A stretch of DNA of 64,000 bases from an uncultured delta proteobacterium (GTDB taxonomy: Bacteria; Desulfobacterota; Desulfobacteria; Desulfobacterales; JAFDCJ01), in NCBI GenBank assembly GCA_963769935.1, contig CAVYNY010000011.1, positions 1 to 64,000 on the forward strand, read 5' to 3'. Shown piece by piece: positions 1-10,077 of the stretch. A model generated the notes under the pieces. The model saw nothing but the letters and a program-made list of their open reading frames with translations. It was not told the DNA's origin and ran no database searches. The translations under genes and the position numbers were made by a program. Positions within the stretch are counted from its first letter, which is position 1. The number at the start of each line of letters is the position of its first letter.

Positions 1-535
1 CGGCGGGATGCATGACCGGGATACAGGACTGGTGCGATTCGGCTATCGTGATTATGATCCGGATATTGGCAGATGGACCGCAAAAGATCCGATCAGCTTT
101 GCAGGCGAGGATACGGATCTTTATGGGTACTGTTTAAATGATCCGACAAATGCAGTTGATCTATATGGACTGTTTGGCCTATTCGGTGCCGCAACAGGTG
201 CCATTACAGGAAGCATAGGGGGAGCTATCTTTGGTGGACTAACAGGGGGACCACAAGGCGCGCAAGCTGGATTTATAACTGGGGCTATTACAGGGGCTTT
301 GACAGGAGCAATCGGTGGCCCTGTTTTAGGTGGAGTTGTAGGAACAGCTGCAAGTGCTCTTTTTGGTGATATGTTGATGCCGTCAGAGACATCAGATGAG
401 GATCGGATAAGGCAACATCATGAGAATATGCTGGAAGCAGAAAGTATTTTACAGGAAGCAAAAGAGCTAAATAGAAGATTAGACGGATTGTGCAGGCGCA
501 CCGGAGGATGTTATAACGATGTTCCTTGTAATTAA
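1..535 (+). CDS. RHS repeat protein C-terminus (core end plus Gly/Ala-rich toxin tip), 5'-truncated by the window edge
   Basis: RHS core motif [20 protein letters not shown]...[17 protein letters not shown], followed by a GxxxG-rich segment and a charged helical, Cys-containing tail. Confidence 0.9.
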   Translation, partial: GGMHDRDTGLVRFGYRDYDPDIGRWTAKDPISFAGEDTDLYGYCLNDPTNAVDLYGLFGLFGAATGAITGSIGGAIFGGLTGGPQGAQAGFITGAITGALTGAIGGPVLGGVVGTAASALFGDMLMPSETSDEDRIRQHHENMLEAESILQEAKELNRRLDGLCRRTGGCYNDVPCN

Positions 536-613
536 AGCATGATTTTTATAAATTGGTCAATATGACTTCAACCTAAATTAACAATCATGATTCGACGATA
601 GATATATATAGCA

Positions 614-1075
614 ATGTCTTCAACAACCATTGGCAATAGAGTAGCAGGTGCGATTTTTTTTCTTTTGGGATCACTATTTATCTTTTTCTTACTTTATTCA
701 CAAAGATTGATATTAGACAATTATTCATTCTTTTTTGCACGCTATTTCAAGGTTATAACGGCAGCTTACGGCGCATTGGTTTTTGTTTTTTTTGGAATTT
801 TATATTTTATGGGTTTTTTGATTCCGTACTATAAGGCAAACGCGTATGAAAAATCGAAAAATAATATCATTACTTCTATCTCCAGTCTCCCATTTTTTGC
901 GTTCTTATTAATAACAACTTCTGTGAGTTTTAACAGCAGCGAAATTATTAAATACAAAATTTTTGGGGTCATTTTCTCCGTCATTATGATTATGTACTGT
1001 TTGTGGTCACTATACTCTAGCTTGAATACATTGAAAAAATTTCGCAAAAAAAAAGGCAACGGAGTTAGGGCGTAA
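614..1075 (+). CDS. Putative membrane immunity protein for RHS tip 1 (about 4 TM segments)
   Basis: AT-rich hydrophobic ORF directly downstream of the RHS tip; function inferred from position. Confidence 0.6.
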   Translation: MSSTTIGNRVAGAIFFLLGSLFIFFLLYSQRLILDNYSFFFARYFKVITAAYGALVFVFFGILYFMGFLIPYYKANAYEKSKNNIITSISSLPFFAFLLITTSVSFNSSEIIKYKIFGVIFSVIMIMYCLWSLYSSLNTLKKFRKKKGNGVRA

Positions 1076-1089
1076 AAATTGTAGATTCA

Positions 1090-1260
1090 TACGGTGATGA
1101 ACTCATACTCGCCGAGGGCTTGGTGCCGGCATTGCGCGAGAAGCTGTCGAGTCTTTCAGAAATTATGCGGGAGATCAAGGTTGGCTTTGCGCGGTTTTAC
1201 AACCGGCGCTACAACCGGTATGGCTATTTCTGGGGAGATCGCTTTAATAGCGTCATTTTA
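1090..1260 (+). pseudogene. Internal fragment of a Y1/REP-associated (IS200-like) tyrosine transposase
   Basis: YGDELILAEGLVPALREKLSSLSEIMREIKVGFARFYNRRYNRYGYFWGDRFNSVI matches the Y1-transposase 'S..m..lK..fa..yN.r..r.G.fW..RF.S' segment; the HUH-bearing N-terminus is absent. Confidence 0.7.
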
Positions 1261-1554
1261 AAAACGGTGATGCAATATAAAAAGCTGGATCGTATCCGTT
1301 ATTTTAAGATCCAATGCTATAATTTTTTTGACCATCGTTTTAGTACTATTCCCTTATAGAGATGATCTTTGTAATTTAAACATCGAGATGATTTTTCTGG
1401 CAAATATATCTTTAAAATAATTTCCTTTTTTATAAGATTTCCATAGGCAGCTTGACAAGTAATTTTATGGTCAAAGTATTAAGAGGATTTTCCTATAGCT
1501 CAACGGGTTCTTGCATATCAGCCATTTTGCCACATTTGATTAACAATATCATAT

Positions 1555-1803
1555 GTGCAGGATTTGTTTGGGCAATTAGGTGATACGGATAGGAAATGTT
1601 TTATGCTGCCTATTAAAGGAAGAGATCACTTATCAAAGCGGGAAATAAAAAAAGTCATATTTACTGCTATACTGGGCTTTATTGCTGCGATTTTTGTGGC
1701 GGCTATTATACCACCTGAAAAAAAGGAGCTTGGTATAATTATATGCATAGCGTTTACAGCATTGGCTTATTTTGGGTTTAGTAACAAATTATTTAAAAAG
1801 TGA
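1555..1803 (+). CDS. Small 2-TM membrane protein, possible orphan immunity protein; start uncertain (ATG at 1603 possible)
   Basis: Two hydrophobic helices, AT-rich, inside the RHS array. Confidence 0.45.
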   Translation: MQDLFGQLGDTDRKCFMLPIKGRDHLSKREIKKVIFTAILGFIAAIFVAAIIPPEKKELGIIICIAFTALAYFGFSNKLFKK

Positions 1804-1850
1804 GTGCTCTAGCCGCAGAGAGTGGAATCTTAGGAATAAAATAGGAAAAT

Positions 1851-1995
1851 ATGAAAGACAAAGGGGTCTGGTCTTAAATATTAGATATTGATGAAAGAAA
1901 AGGCAGTTAGAGATTTATCTTTGACTGTCTTTTCGTTTTAATTACCATTATAAAATCGACTCCATCCTAACTTAGGTTGGTGGGCGGGTATAAGA
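1851..1995. repeat. ~145-bp direct repeat, copy 1, with a terminator-like hairpin at 1898-1933
   Basis: ATGAAAGACAAAGGGGTCTGGTCTTAAATATTAGATATTGATGAAAGAAAAGGCAGTTAGAGATTTATCTTTGACTGTCTTTT... aligns by eye with 4018-4160. Confidence 0.85.
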
Positions 1996-2030
1996 TAAGA
2001 TCCGCCCCATACCTTCGGTGTTAAGTTTTC

Positions 2031-3341
2031 ACCCGCGACAACAACGGAAGAATCATAGGCAAAACGGAAACAATCGGCGGTGTCACCGCAAATTTCTCCT
2101 ATGCCTATGATTCGATGGGGCGGTTGTTGACGGTCACCAAAGACGGCAATCTGGTGGGAAGATACAGCTATGATATCAGCGGCACAAGGCTTTCTGAAAC
2201 CAACACGCTTCGGGGACTGGCTGGAAGAACCTTCAGCTACTCGGATGAAGATCACCTTTTGTCAGCAGGTTTTCTGACATATGCTTATGATCTGGACGGC
2301 TTTTTAACCACCAAAACCGACGGTAATGACATAACCGGCTATACTTACTCTTCCCGGGGAGAGTTGTTAAGCGTCAATCTGCCGGACGGACGATTTATCG
2401 AGTACCTGCACGACACATTAGGCAAGCGAATTGCCAAGAAGGTCGGCGGCGTTATCGTCGAAAAATACCTCTGGCAGGGATTAACGCGTCTTTTAGCGGT
2501 TTATGACGGTGCCGACAACCTGTTGATGCGCTTTGAATATGCCGACGATCGCATGCCGCCGGAGATGACTACCGAGGGCGTCACCTACTATCTGACCTAT
2601 GACCAGGTCGGATCTTTAAGAGGGGTTGCAGATTCTTCCGGTAATGTGGTAAAGAAGAATCGACTACGATGCTTTCGGCAATATTATAGCAGACAGCAAT
2701 CCAGCGTTTGAAGTGGCTTTTGGATTTGCCGGTGGATTGCATGACCTGGATACGGGTCTGGTGAGATTCGGCTACCGCGATTATGATCCGGATATAGGCA
2801 GATGGACCGCAAAGGATCCGATATTCTTTGCCGGTGGGGATGCGGATCTTTATGGCTATGTGCTGAATGATCCGATTAATTTAGTTGATCCGAGAGGTAG
2901 GTTCGGAGTAGCAGGTGTAATAATAGGCGGGATTGCTGGCGACTATGGAGGTTTTCTCTCTGGATTACAATCTGGTAATTTAACTGCAGGAATTATAGGA
3001 GGAGTGGCTGGAGCTGCGGTAGGTGCTAGCTGGTGGGAACTTTTTTACCTCAGGCGTCTACGGCATTAGGCGGCATTATTGGAGGTGCTATTTCGGGAGC
3101 CCTTGGAGGTGCTGTAGGCGGAGCAACTAGTAAAGCCCTAAGCGACCCATGTGCATCTGCCGGTGAGATAGGTTGGGCAGCAGCCAAAGGCGGTGCAGTT
3201 GGGGCTGTAACAGGAGCTATAGGCGGAGGATTAAGCGGTGCTGCAGAAGCTGTGGGATTAGGGGCGCCAACAGCAGTTGGGGCAGCTGGGGAATTAATTT
3301 CTGCGCCAATCGGTTGGGGACTGGGGATAATTGAAGATTAA
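2031..3341 (+). pseudogene. Orphan RHS module (YD repeats, core, glycine-zipper tip); no proper 5' end; frameshifts near 2655 and 3028
   Basis: Frame opens after TAA at 2022 with TRDNNGRIIGKTETIGG; YD repeats in 2115-2711; after a shift reads [11 protein letters not shown]...[18 protein letters not shown]...[11 protein letters not shown]; the Gly/Ala tip continues in ORF 3033-3341. Confidence 0.85.
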
Positions 3342-3359
3342 ATTGTTTATCACATCAAA

Positions 3360-3869
3360 ATGAACGACAATAAAAAAAATCAGACAGAATATAATGATAG
3401 TACAGAGGGAATATTCTCCTTCTCCCAGTCAAGCGCCAAAAGATTCATAGCGAACTATTTAGATAAAATATTTTGGATTTGTATTTTGTTTTTGTTCGCT
3501 TTTACAATTTTAAAGGTGGGTTATCTTAGTATATACGGCATTTTTATATTGCTATTGCTAGGCACTATTTCTTTTCTTTTTGGCAAATTTCAAAAGAAAT
3601 TTGCATACAAAATAGTTATAGACTTTAATTCCAGTAAAGTTATATTGCATATGCATCGAGACGAGGCTATCATATCAGTTGATTTTGACAATATAAAAAG
3701 TATATTGGTAAATGGATATATCATATTAACCTTTAAAGACAGGAAAGTATTTTATAATGATCTGCAAAATATCTGTCTCTTGAAATGTCTGAATAAAATT
3801 ACAAAAATAGATTGGGGATTTCTATGTAGCATATGGGGACCTAATAAAAATATAATAGAATCCCTCTAA
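3360..3869 (+). CDS. Putative immunity protein for RHS tip 2 (2 TM segments plus soluble domain)
   Basis: AT-rich ORF starting 18 bp after the tip stop codon. Confidence 0.6.
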   Translation: MNDNKKNQTEYNDSTEGIFSFSQSSAKRFIANYLDKIFWICILFLFAFTILKVGYLSIYGIFILLLLGTISFLFGKFQKKFAYKIVIDFNSSKVILHMHRDEAIISVDFDNIKSILVNGYIILTFKDRKVFYNDLQNICLLKCLNKITKIDWGFLCSIWGPNKNIIESL

Positions 3870-4017
3870 GACATTATGATAACGAGAGCTGACCTTAAAT
3901 GCTGACTCTCAGAACATTTGACCCCGATTATCCCGCGAGAGTTAAGCCCGCCACCCCGTGAGTCTGCTATCCTGCCTGACCGCGGAATTGGAGTCTGTTC
4001 TTGAATATTAAATATTG

Positions 4018-4160
4018 ATGAAAGACAAGGGGCCTGGTCTTAAATATTAAATATTTATGAAAGAAAAGGCAGTTAGAGATTTATCTTTTACTGCCTTTTT
4101 ATTTTAACGGCCCATATAAAGTCGACCTCATCCTTATCTCTGGTGGTGGGTGGGATAAGA
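4018..4160. repeat. ~145-bp direct repeat, copy 2 (hairpin 4064-4100), preceded by an extra ~40-bp subunit from ~3990
   Basis: ATGAAAGACAAGGGGCCTGGTCTTAAATATTAAATATTTATGAAAGAAAAGGCAGTTAGAGATTTATCTTTTACTGCCTTTTT. Confidence 0.85.
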
Positions 4161-4167
4161 ATATTTG

Positions 4168-4306
4168 AGGGTCAAGTCTACGTTTGGCCTTTGGGGATAT
4201 TGCTTTCAATATGTTAGAGGTGGCGGTCTCTAAATTTTTTATCCTTTTGCAGGTTTGCTTTTACGCATATAGCCGCGCTGCTGACTCCCTTCAGACCGAA
4301 GACTTG
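4168..4306 (-). pseudogene. Possible 3' remnant of a RAYT-like transposase with a C-terminal HTH
   Basis: Minus strand reads QVFGLKGVSSAAICVKANLQKDKNL... and ends in AGACTTGACCCC; resemblance recalled from memory, not searched. Confidence 0.4.
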
Positions 4307-4332
4307 CTTATGCTTAGGTTCCGGCACCCGGA

Positions 4333-4836
4333 TCAGTTGATTCGGCGACAGTCGCTCCTGCCGGTCTGGCTGTCCTGAGGATTCCCGATGAGAAAACAGA
4401 TCACATGTTGCTGCTCGTGCCGCAGCACCAGCGCCATGGCATTGCCGGCGCCGGAGGCTTGGGTGATTGCCCAGCCGTTATTGAGCAGCGCTTCCAGACT
4501 CTGATTAAGCGCCTCGTAGCGCGTGGGCACGGAATGCGGCATCATCATCGCCATCATCTCGAACCCCATTTGCGCCACCGACGACCCGATTGACTCGTTC
4601 TTCGCGGACGATTCGGCCGCCGGTTCCTGCGCGGCGGCAACCGCTGCCCGCTGCCACAGGATGTCCACCTTGTTCGGCAAACGCATCAACAGGGTGTTCG
4701 GGTCGCGCAGAACTAAATCGATCGGTTGGGCATTCGGCTTATTCACTTTGATATTGCTTTTTCGCTGCGAATCAAGCGAAACCTGCGAATTGGTTACCGG
4801 CTTCAGTTGAAGCCCGACATTATCGATCAGACTCAA
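4333..4836 (-). CDS. Hypothetical protein, divergent from pstS; TTG start uncertain
   Basis: 167-aa ORF filling an otherwise empty interval, host-like codon usage. Confidence 0.5.
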   Translation of the reverse strand: MSLIDNVGLQLKPVTNSQVSLDSQRKSNIKVNKPNAQPIDLVLRDPNTLLMRLPNKVDILWQRAAVAAAQEPAAESSAKNESIGSSVAQMGFEMMAMMMPHSVPTRYEALNQSLEALLNNGWAITQASGAGNAMALVLRHEQQHVICFLIGNPQDSQTGRSDCRRIN

Positions 4837-5018
4837 CCCAACTTACCTGCAGTCAGAACTTTTCTTTCATTCATTAACTTTTCTTGTTTCCGGGACACCA
4901 CTCGGCTACCCCGTCCATGCTCCGCGGGCAGCGCCACCCAACGGCCTTTAAAAAAAAGGCATGCAAACAGAAATCTAGTCCAATCCAAACAAATTGCTAA
5001 CGGAATCGGTCTTTAATT

Positions 5019-5062
5019 GGTTCAAAACAATCTTAATATAGGTTCAAAGCAATTTTAATATC
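5019..5062 (+). promoter_or_regulatory. Candidate Pho-box array (two 22-bp direct repeats, i.e. four 11-bp units)
   Basis: GGTTCAAAACAATCTTAATATA / GGTTCAAAGCAATTTTAATATC (19/22 identical), about 100 bp upstream of pstS. Confidence 0.6.
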
Positions 5063-5160
5063 CCTTTGAACACACGCACGAGGTGAAAATGCAAACGTAT
5101 TGCAAGGCTTTCACCTGCAAAAATCTTTAAACTATTTTTAACCAAAAAAGGAGGAATCAA

Positions 5161-6201
5161 ATGAACCGATTCGTACGAGGCTTAGTTTTGTGTGGCGTGC
5201 TCATGTTTGCCCTTTCAACAGTTGCCATCGCCACGGAAATTACGGGAGCGGGCGCAACCTTTCCCTATCCTGTGTATGGCAAATGGGCCGAAGCCTACAA
5301 AAATGAAACCGGCATCGGAATGAACTATCAGTCTATCGGCTCCGGCGGAGGTATTAAGCAGATTACAGCCGGAACCGTCGATTTCGGCGCCAGCGACAAG
5401 CCTTTAAAACCCGAAGAGCTCGACAAGGCCGGCCTGCTGCAATTTCCCACCGTCATGGGCGGCGTGGTACCGGTCATCAATTTGAAGGGTGTCCCCCCCG
5501 GCGGACTCAAGCTGACGGGCCCGGTGCTGGCAGAGATATACCTGGGCCAAATCACAAAATGGAATGAGCGACAAATCGCTGATCTGAACAAAGGCGTCAA
5601 GCTTCCGGATCAGGACATCACCGTGGTGCACCGTTCCGACGGTTCGGGTACAACCTTCATTTTTACCAACTATTTAAACAAGGTCAGCCCCGACTGGCAG
5701 CAACAAGTGGGCAATGACGCTTCCGTGGCATGGCCCGTCGGCGTCGGCGGCAAAGGCAATGAAGGGGTCGCCTCTTACGTGCAGCGCATCTCCGGGGCCA
5801 TCGGCTACGTCGAATATGCCTATGCCTTGCAGAATAAAATGGCCTACGCCTTGCTGCAAAACCGTGAGGGTAATTTCGTCAGCCCTGAGGCCGAGAATTT
5901 TCAGGCGGCGGCCGCCGGTGCGGATTGGGCAAAGGCCCGCGGTTTTTACATGATTCTAACGGATGCACCGGGAAAGGCGAGTTGGCCGATCACCGGCGCT
6001 ACTTTCATCCTGATGCACAAAATGCAGAAAAATCCGGAAACAGCCAGGCAAGTCCTGGATTTTTTCAAATGGGCCTACGCGAACGGCGATAAGATGGCGC
6101 AAGCCCTGGACTATATTCCGATGCCGGACAGTGTCGTCAAACTCGTCGAAGCGGAGTGGAAGCAGCTTAAAAGTCTTGACGGCATGCCGATTATAAAATA
6201 A
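5161..6201 (+). CDS. pstS: Phosphate ABC transporter substrate-binding protein
   Basis: Signal peptide, ITGAGATFPYP, YQSIGSGGG, HRSDGSGTTFIFT; RBS AGGAGG. Confidence 0.97.
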   Translation: MNRFVRGLVLCGVLMFALSTVAIATEITGAGATFPYPVYGKWAEAYKNETGIGMNYQSIGSGGGIKQITAGTVDFGASDKPLKPEELDKAGLLQFPTVMGGVVPVINLKGVPPGGLKLTGPVLAEIYLGQITKWNERQIADLNKGVKLPDQDITVVHRSDGSGTTFIFTNYLNKVSPDWQQQVGNDASVAWPVGVGGKGNEGVASYVQRISGAIGYVEYAYALQNKMAYALLQNREGNFVSPEAENFQAAAAGADWAKARGFYMILTDAPGKASWPITGATFILMHKMQKNPETARQVLDFFKWAYANGDKMAQALDYIPMPDSVVKLVEAEWKQLKSLDGMPIIK

Positions 6202-6330
6202 TTTGGACTCGTTGCAGTTTCAATGCCGGGCGATCTTCGCCTGGTTGCGGGAAACTGCCGGGGAATGGGTTGGTGATGAGAGGGTCCACGACGACCCTCT
6301 CCGCCATTGTGGGCTTTAACGGCCGTGTTG

Positions 6331-7308
6331 ATGTCTATAAAATATTCGAAGGCGAACACCGCCGGAACCGGGGCGCCAACCTCAGCGTTCGGCGATTTAT
6401 TATTCCGCAATATCAGCCGGATATTTGCTTTTCTAGTGCTTTGTATTCTGGCCGCAATTATCGTCTCGCTGTTCGTCGGCAGCTACCCTGCGATTAAAAA
6501 ATTCCAGTTCGGTTTTATCTTCAGTACCAAATGGAATCCGGTTACTCAGGAATTTGGTGCGCTGGCGCCCATTTTCGGCACGCTGGTCAGTTCCCTTATT
6601 GCGATGCTGATCGCCATTCCGGTCAGCTTCGGTGTCGCCCTGTTTCTCACCGAACTGTCACCCCCCTGGCTGAAGCGTCCCCTGGGTACGGCGATTGAAT
6701 TGTTGGCCGCTATCCCGAGTATTATTTACGGTATGTGGGGTTTATTTGTGTTTGCGCCGATCTTCGCCGAGACGGTGCAGCCCTGGCTGAAATCTCATCC
6801 TGGTAGCTGGCCGTTGGTCGGACCACTGTTTCAAGGTCCGCCGATGGGCATCGGGATATTAACGGCCGGGCTGATTCTGGCAATCATGGTAATCCCTTTC
6901 ATTGCCGCCGTCATGCGGGATGTGTTTGAAATTGTTCCCCACACCCTGAAAGAATCCGCCTATGCCCTGGGTGCCACGACCTGGGAGGTTGTGTGGCGCG
7001 TCGTCCTGCCCTATACCAAGGCCGGCGTGGTGGCCGGCATCATGCTGGGTCTGGGTCGCGCGCTCGGGGAAACAATGGCGGTAACCTTCGTTATCGGCAA
7101 CGCCCACAATCTGCACGCCTCACTGTTCATGCCCGGCAGCAGCATCGCCTCGACCCTGGCCAACGAATTCACCGAGGCGATCGGCGATCTATACACCTCG
7201 TCTCTTATGTACCTGGGGTTGCTGCTCTTTTTCATCACGTTGATCGTGCTGGCGATTTCACGGCTTCTTCTGGCGCAATTGCGCAAACGGGAGGGAAGCC
7301 GAACTTAG
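6331..7308 (+). CDS. pstC: Phosphate ABC transporter permease (start approximate)
   Basis: [39 protein letters not shown]. Confidence 0.95.
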   Translation: MSIKYSKANTAGTGAPTSAFGDLLFRNISRIFAFLVLCILAAIIVSLFVGSYPAIKKFQFGFIFSTKWNPVTQEFGALAPIFGTLVSSLIAMLIAIPVSFGVALFLTELSPPWLKRPLGTAIELLAAIPSIIYGMWGLFVFAPIFAETVQPWLKSHPGSWPLVGPLFQGPPMGIGILTAGLILAIMVIPFIAAVMRDVFEIVPHTLKESAYALGATTWEVVWRVVLPYTKAGVVAGIMLGLGRALGETMAVTFVIGNAHNLHASLFMPGSSIASTLANEFTEAIGDLYTSSLMYLGLLLFFITLIVLAISRLLLAQLRKREGSRT

Positions 7309-7318
7309 ACAGGCAGCC

Positions 7319-8167
7319 ATGCGAATTTTTTCACCATATACCCGCAGACGTATCACCAACATTATCGGTCTGACTCTTTCTGTCATGGCCATGATTTTCG
7401 GTTTATTCTGGTTGGGGTGGATTCTTTTCACGCTGGTGCATTACGGTTTCCACGGCCTCAGCTTTCAATTGTTCACGGCGACGACCCCGCCGCCGGGCAG
7501 CCCGGGAGGCCTTTTAAACGCCATAGCCGGCAGTGTGGTCATGTCCGGCATCGCTACCCTGATCGGAACGCCCGTCGGCATCCTGGCGGCCACTTATCTT
7601 TCCGAATACGGCCGAACCGGTTGGCTGGCCCCCGTCACGCGTTTCATCAACGACATTTTGCTCAGCGCACCGTCGATTGTAATCGGACTGTTCATCTACG
7701 CGATCTACGTGGCACGCGTCGGGCATTTTTCGGGATGGGCCGGCACACTGGCTTTAGCGTTGATCGTGATTCCGGTCGTGGTGCGCACAACCGAAGATAT
7801 GTTGAAACTGGTTCCCGGCAGACTGCGCGAGGCTGCGGCCGCACTGGGGGCACCGCGCTGGAAGGTTATTGTATTCGTAGTCTATCGGGCGGCGAAAGGG
7901 GGTATGCTCACCGGCATTCTGCTGGCGATGGCTCGCATCAGCGGCGAAACCGCACCGCTGCTTTTTACGGCCTTAAACAACCAATTCTGGAGCTCCAATT
8001 TGAATGCGCCCATGGCAAATCTGCCGGTGGTTATCTTTCAGTTTGCCATGAGTCCTTACAAAGACTGGCATGAACTTGCCTGGGCCGGGGCACTGTTGAT
8101 CACATTCAGCGTATTGGGCTTGAATATTATAGCCCGCTTTCTCTTGAGGCGAAGGCATCATGGATAA
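7319..8167 (+). CDS. pstA: Phosphate ABC transporter permease
   Basis: [33 protein letters not shown]. Confidence 0.95.
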   Translation: MRIFSPYTRRRITNIIGLTLSVMAMIFGLFWLGWILFTLVHYGFHGLSFQLFTATTPPPGSPGGLLNAIAGSVVMSGIATLIGTPVGILAATYLSEYGRTGWLAPVTRFINDILLSAPSIVIGLFIYAIYVARVGHFSGWAGTLALALIVIPVVVRTTEDMLKLVPGRLREAAAALGAPRWKVIVFVVYRAAKGGMLTGILLAMARISGETAPLLFTALNNQFWSSNLNAPMANLPVVIFQFAMSPYKDWHELAWAGALLITFSVLGLNIIARFLLRRRHHG

Positions 8168-8984
8168 TTTACTGCCAACAGCTGTCCGCCCGCGCATATC
8201 GGCCGGCAAAAAGATCAAAAGTCGGCCGGATGCCGTCACGATAGCGGTGAGAAATTTGAATTTTTACTATGGAAATTACCAGGCCCTGAAAAATATTTCC
8301 CTGGATATCATGAAAAAAAAAGTCACGGCGATCATCGGCCCTTCCGGCTGCGGCAAATCAACGCTGCTGCGCACGCTGAACCGGATTTATGAACTCTATC
8401 CGCGGCTGAAGTGTACCGGTGAAATCCTGCTGGACGGAGAAAACATTCTAACCAAGAAACAAAATCTCAACCAGTTGCGGGCCCGGGTGGGAATGGTATT
8501 CCAGGTACCGACTTCTTTTCCCATGTCGATTTTTGACAATATCACTTTCGGAATCAAACTTTACGAGGATCTGAATCACAACCGCCTGGCCGAGCGGGTC
8601 GAAGCGGCGCTGCGCCAGGCAGCGCTGTGGGATGAGGTCAAAGACAAACTTCATCAAAGCGGCAACAGTTTATCCGGCGGGCAGCAGCAGCGCTTGTGCC
8701 TCGCGCGTTGCATTGCCGTCAGACCCGAAGTGATTTTGTTGGACGAACCGTGTTCGGGGCTGGACCCGATCTCCACCGGCCGTATCGAAGATCTGATGGC
8801 CGATCTGAAAAACGACTACACCATCGTCATTGTCACCCACAATATGCAGCAGGCTGCGCGAGTATCCGATTACACGGCCTATATGTATCTGGGGGAATTG
8901 ATCGAATTCGGCGATACGGACACGATATTTACCCACCCCGCCGAAAAAGCCACTGAAGATTACATCACCGGGAAATTCGGCTAA
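8160..8984 (+). CDS. pstB: Phosphate ABC transporter ATP-binding protein
   Basis: [29 protein letters not shown]. Confidence 0.97.
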   Translation: MDNLLPTAVRPRISAGKKIKSRPDAVTIAVRNLNFYYGNYQALKNISLDIMKKKVTAIIGPSGCGKSTLLRTLNRIYELYPRLKCTGEILLDGENILTKKQNLNQLRARVGMVFQVPTSFPMSIFDNITFGIKLYEDLNHNRLAERVEAALRQAALWDEVKDKLHQSGNSLSGGQQQRLCLARCIAVRPEVILLDEPCSGLDPISTGRIEDLMADLKNDYTIVIVTHNMQQAARVSDYTAYMYLGELIEFGDTDTIFTHPAEKATEDYITGKFG

Positions 8985-9049
8985 ACGAAACCTGCAACTT
9001 GAATCCGGGAAGTTCCAAATCCAACCTGGCAAACATACATGGGAAGGTC

Positions 9050-9730
9050 ATGACCAAACATTTTCATAAAGAACTCGAAAATATAAAAAAACGGATTCTC
9101 ACGCTGGGCTACACGGTAGAGGAATTTGCGCGGCTGGGCATAACCGCTGTTGAAACGAGAGATGCCGACCTGGCGGAACGGATTATTCGCAAGGATTTCG
9201 AAATTGATGAGATGGAAGTCGAAATCGAAGAAGAATGCCTGAAAGTCTTGGCCCTGCATCAGCCCGTCGCCGTCGATCTTCGATTTCTGATCGCCGTCAT
9301 TAAAATCAATAGCGACCTGGAGCGCATCGGCGATGAGGTCGTTAACATCGCCGAACGCGTTAAAATCATCGCCAAACGTCCTCCGCTTGATTTTTCCTTT
9401 GACTATTCCCGCATGGGGGGAAAAGCACAAAAGATGTTGAAATTGGGCCTGGATGCATTGGTCGGCATGGATGATGTTCTTGCCTGGAAGGTGGTCCATC
9501 TCGACGATGAAGTCGATCAACTAAAACATGAAGCCTATGATCAAATAAAATCGGCGATGAGCGCAGACCCGAGCCGCGTTGGATACCTGATAAACCTTTT
9601 GCTCATCTCCCGCCACATTGAGCGCATGGCCGATCATGCCACCAACATCGCCGAAGAAGTCATCCACCTGGTTGAAGGTGAAATTATCCGACATTCTCAG
9701 TATGAGCGTGGAACAAGCAACACCCGATAG
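9050..9730 (+). CDS. phoU: Phosphate signalling protein PhoU
   Basis: QPVAVDLR, DLERIGD, IERMADHATNIAE; ATG at 9050 after GGAAGG. Confidence 0.95.
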   Translation: MTKHFHKELENIKKRILTLGYTVEEFARLGITAVETRDADLAERIIRKDFEIDEMEVEIEEECLKVLALHQPVAVDLRFLIAVIKINSDLERIGDEVVNIAERVKIIAKRPPLDFSFDYSRMGGKAQKMLKLGLDALVGMDDVLAWKVVHLDDEVDQLKHEAYDQIKSAMSADPSRVGYLINLLLISRHIERMADHATNIAEEVIHLVEGEIIRHSQYERGTSNTR

Positions 9731-9731
9731 C

Positions 9732-9764
9732 AAAGAATCCCGGCCCTCTGGGCCGGGATTCTTT
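9732..9764 (+). terminator. Intrinsic terminator after phoU, possibly bidirectional
   Basis: Perfect 15-bp inverted repeat AAAGAATCCCGGCCC-TCT-GGGCCGGGATTCTTT. Confidence 0.85.
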
Positions 9765-9920
9765 ACTTTCTGATCCGTGCCATCCATATAAAACAGATCT
9801 CATTCCGCACATCACCGGATTTCGCTTCACCGTCTTTCACTCCGACGCTGAACAGCATCCGACCTGATTTCTCCAAGACAAATTCCTGCCGGTTTTATAT
9901 GGCCAATTGGCAAGGCTAAT

Positions 9921-9959
9921 TAAAATATTCTTGACAAGAATATTTTAGGCCGGTATCAG
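9921..9959 (+). promoter_or_regulatory. Sigma70-type promoter (-35 TTGACA 9931, -10 TATCAG 9954) embedded in a perfect 27-bp palindrome (candidate operator)
   Basis: TAAAATATTCTTG-A-CAAGAATATTTTA at 9921-9947; 17-bp spacer. Confidence 0.65.
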
Positions 9960-10077
9960 AGGAGAATAGTCGGGCAAATATTCTTTTCTCCTATCATCTA
10001 TTTCAACATTGAAAACCTGTTCCTTTGGGCCGGGATTCTTTTGATTCGTGTTCACCTTTAGTCCGGGGGTTCCTTGG

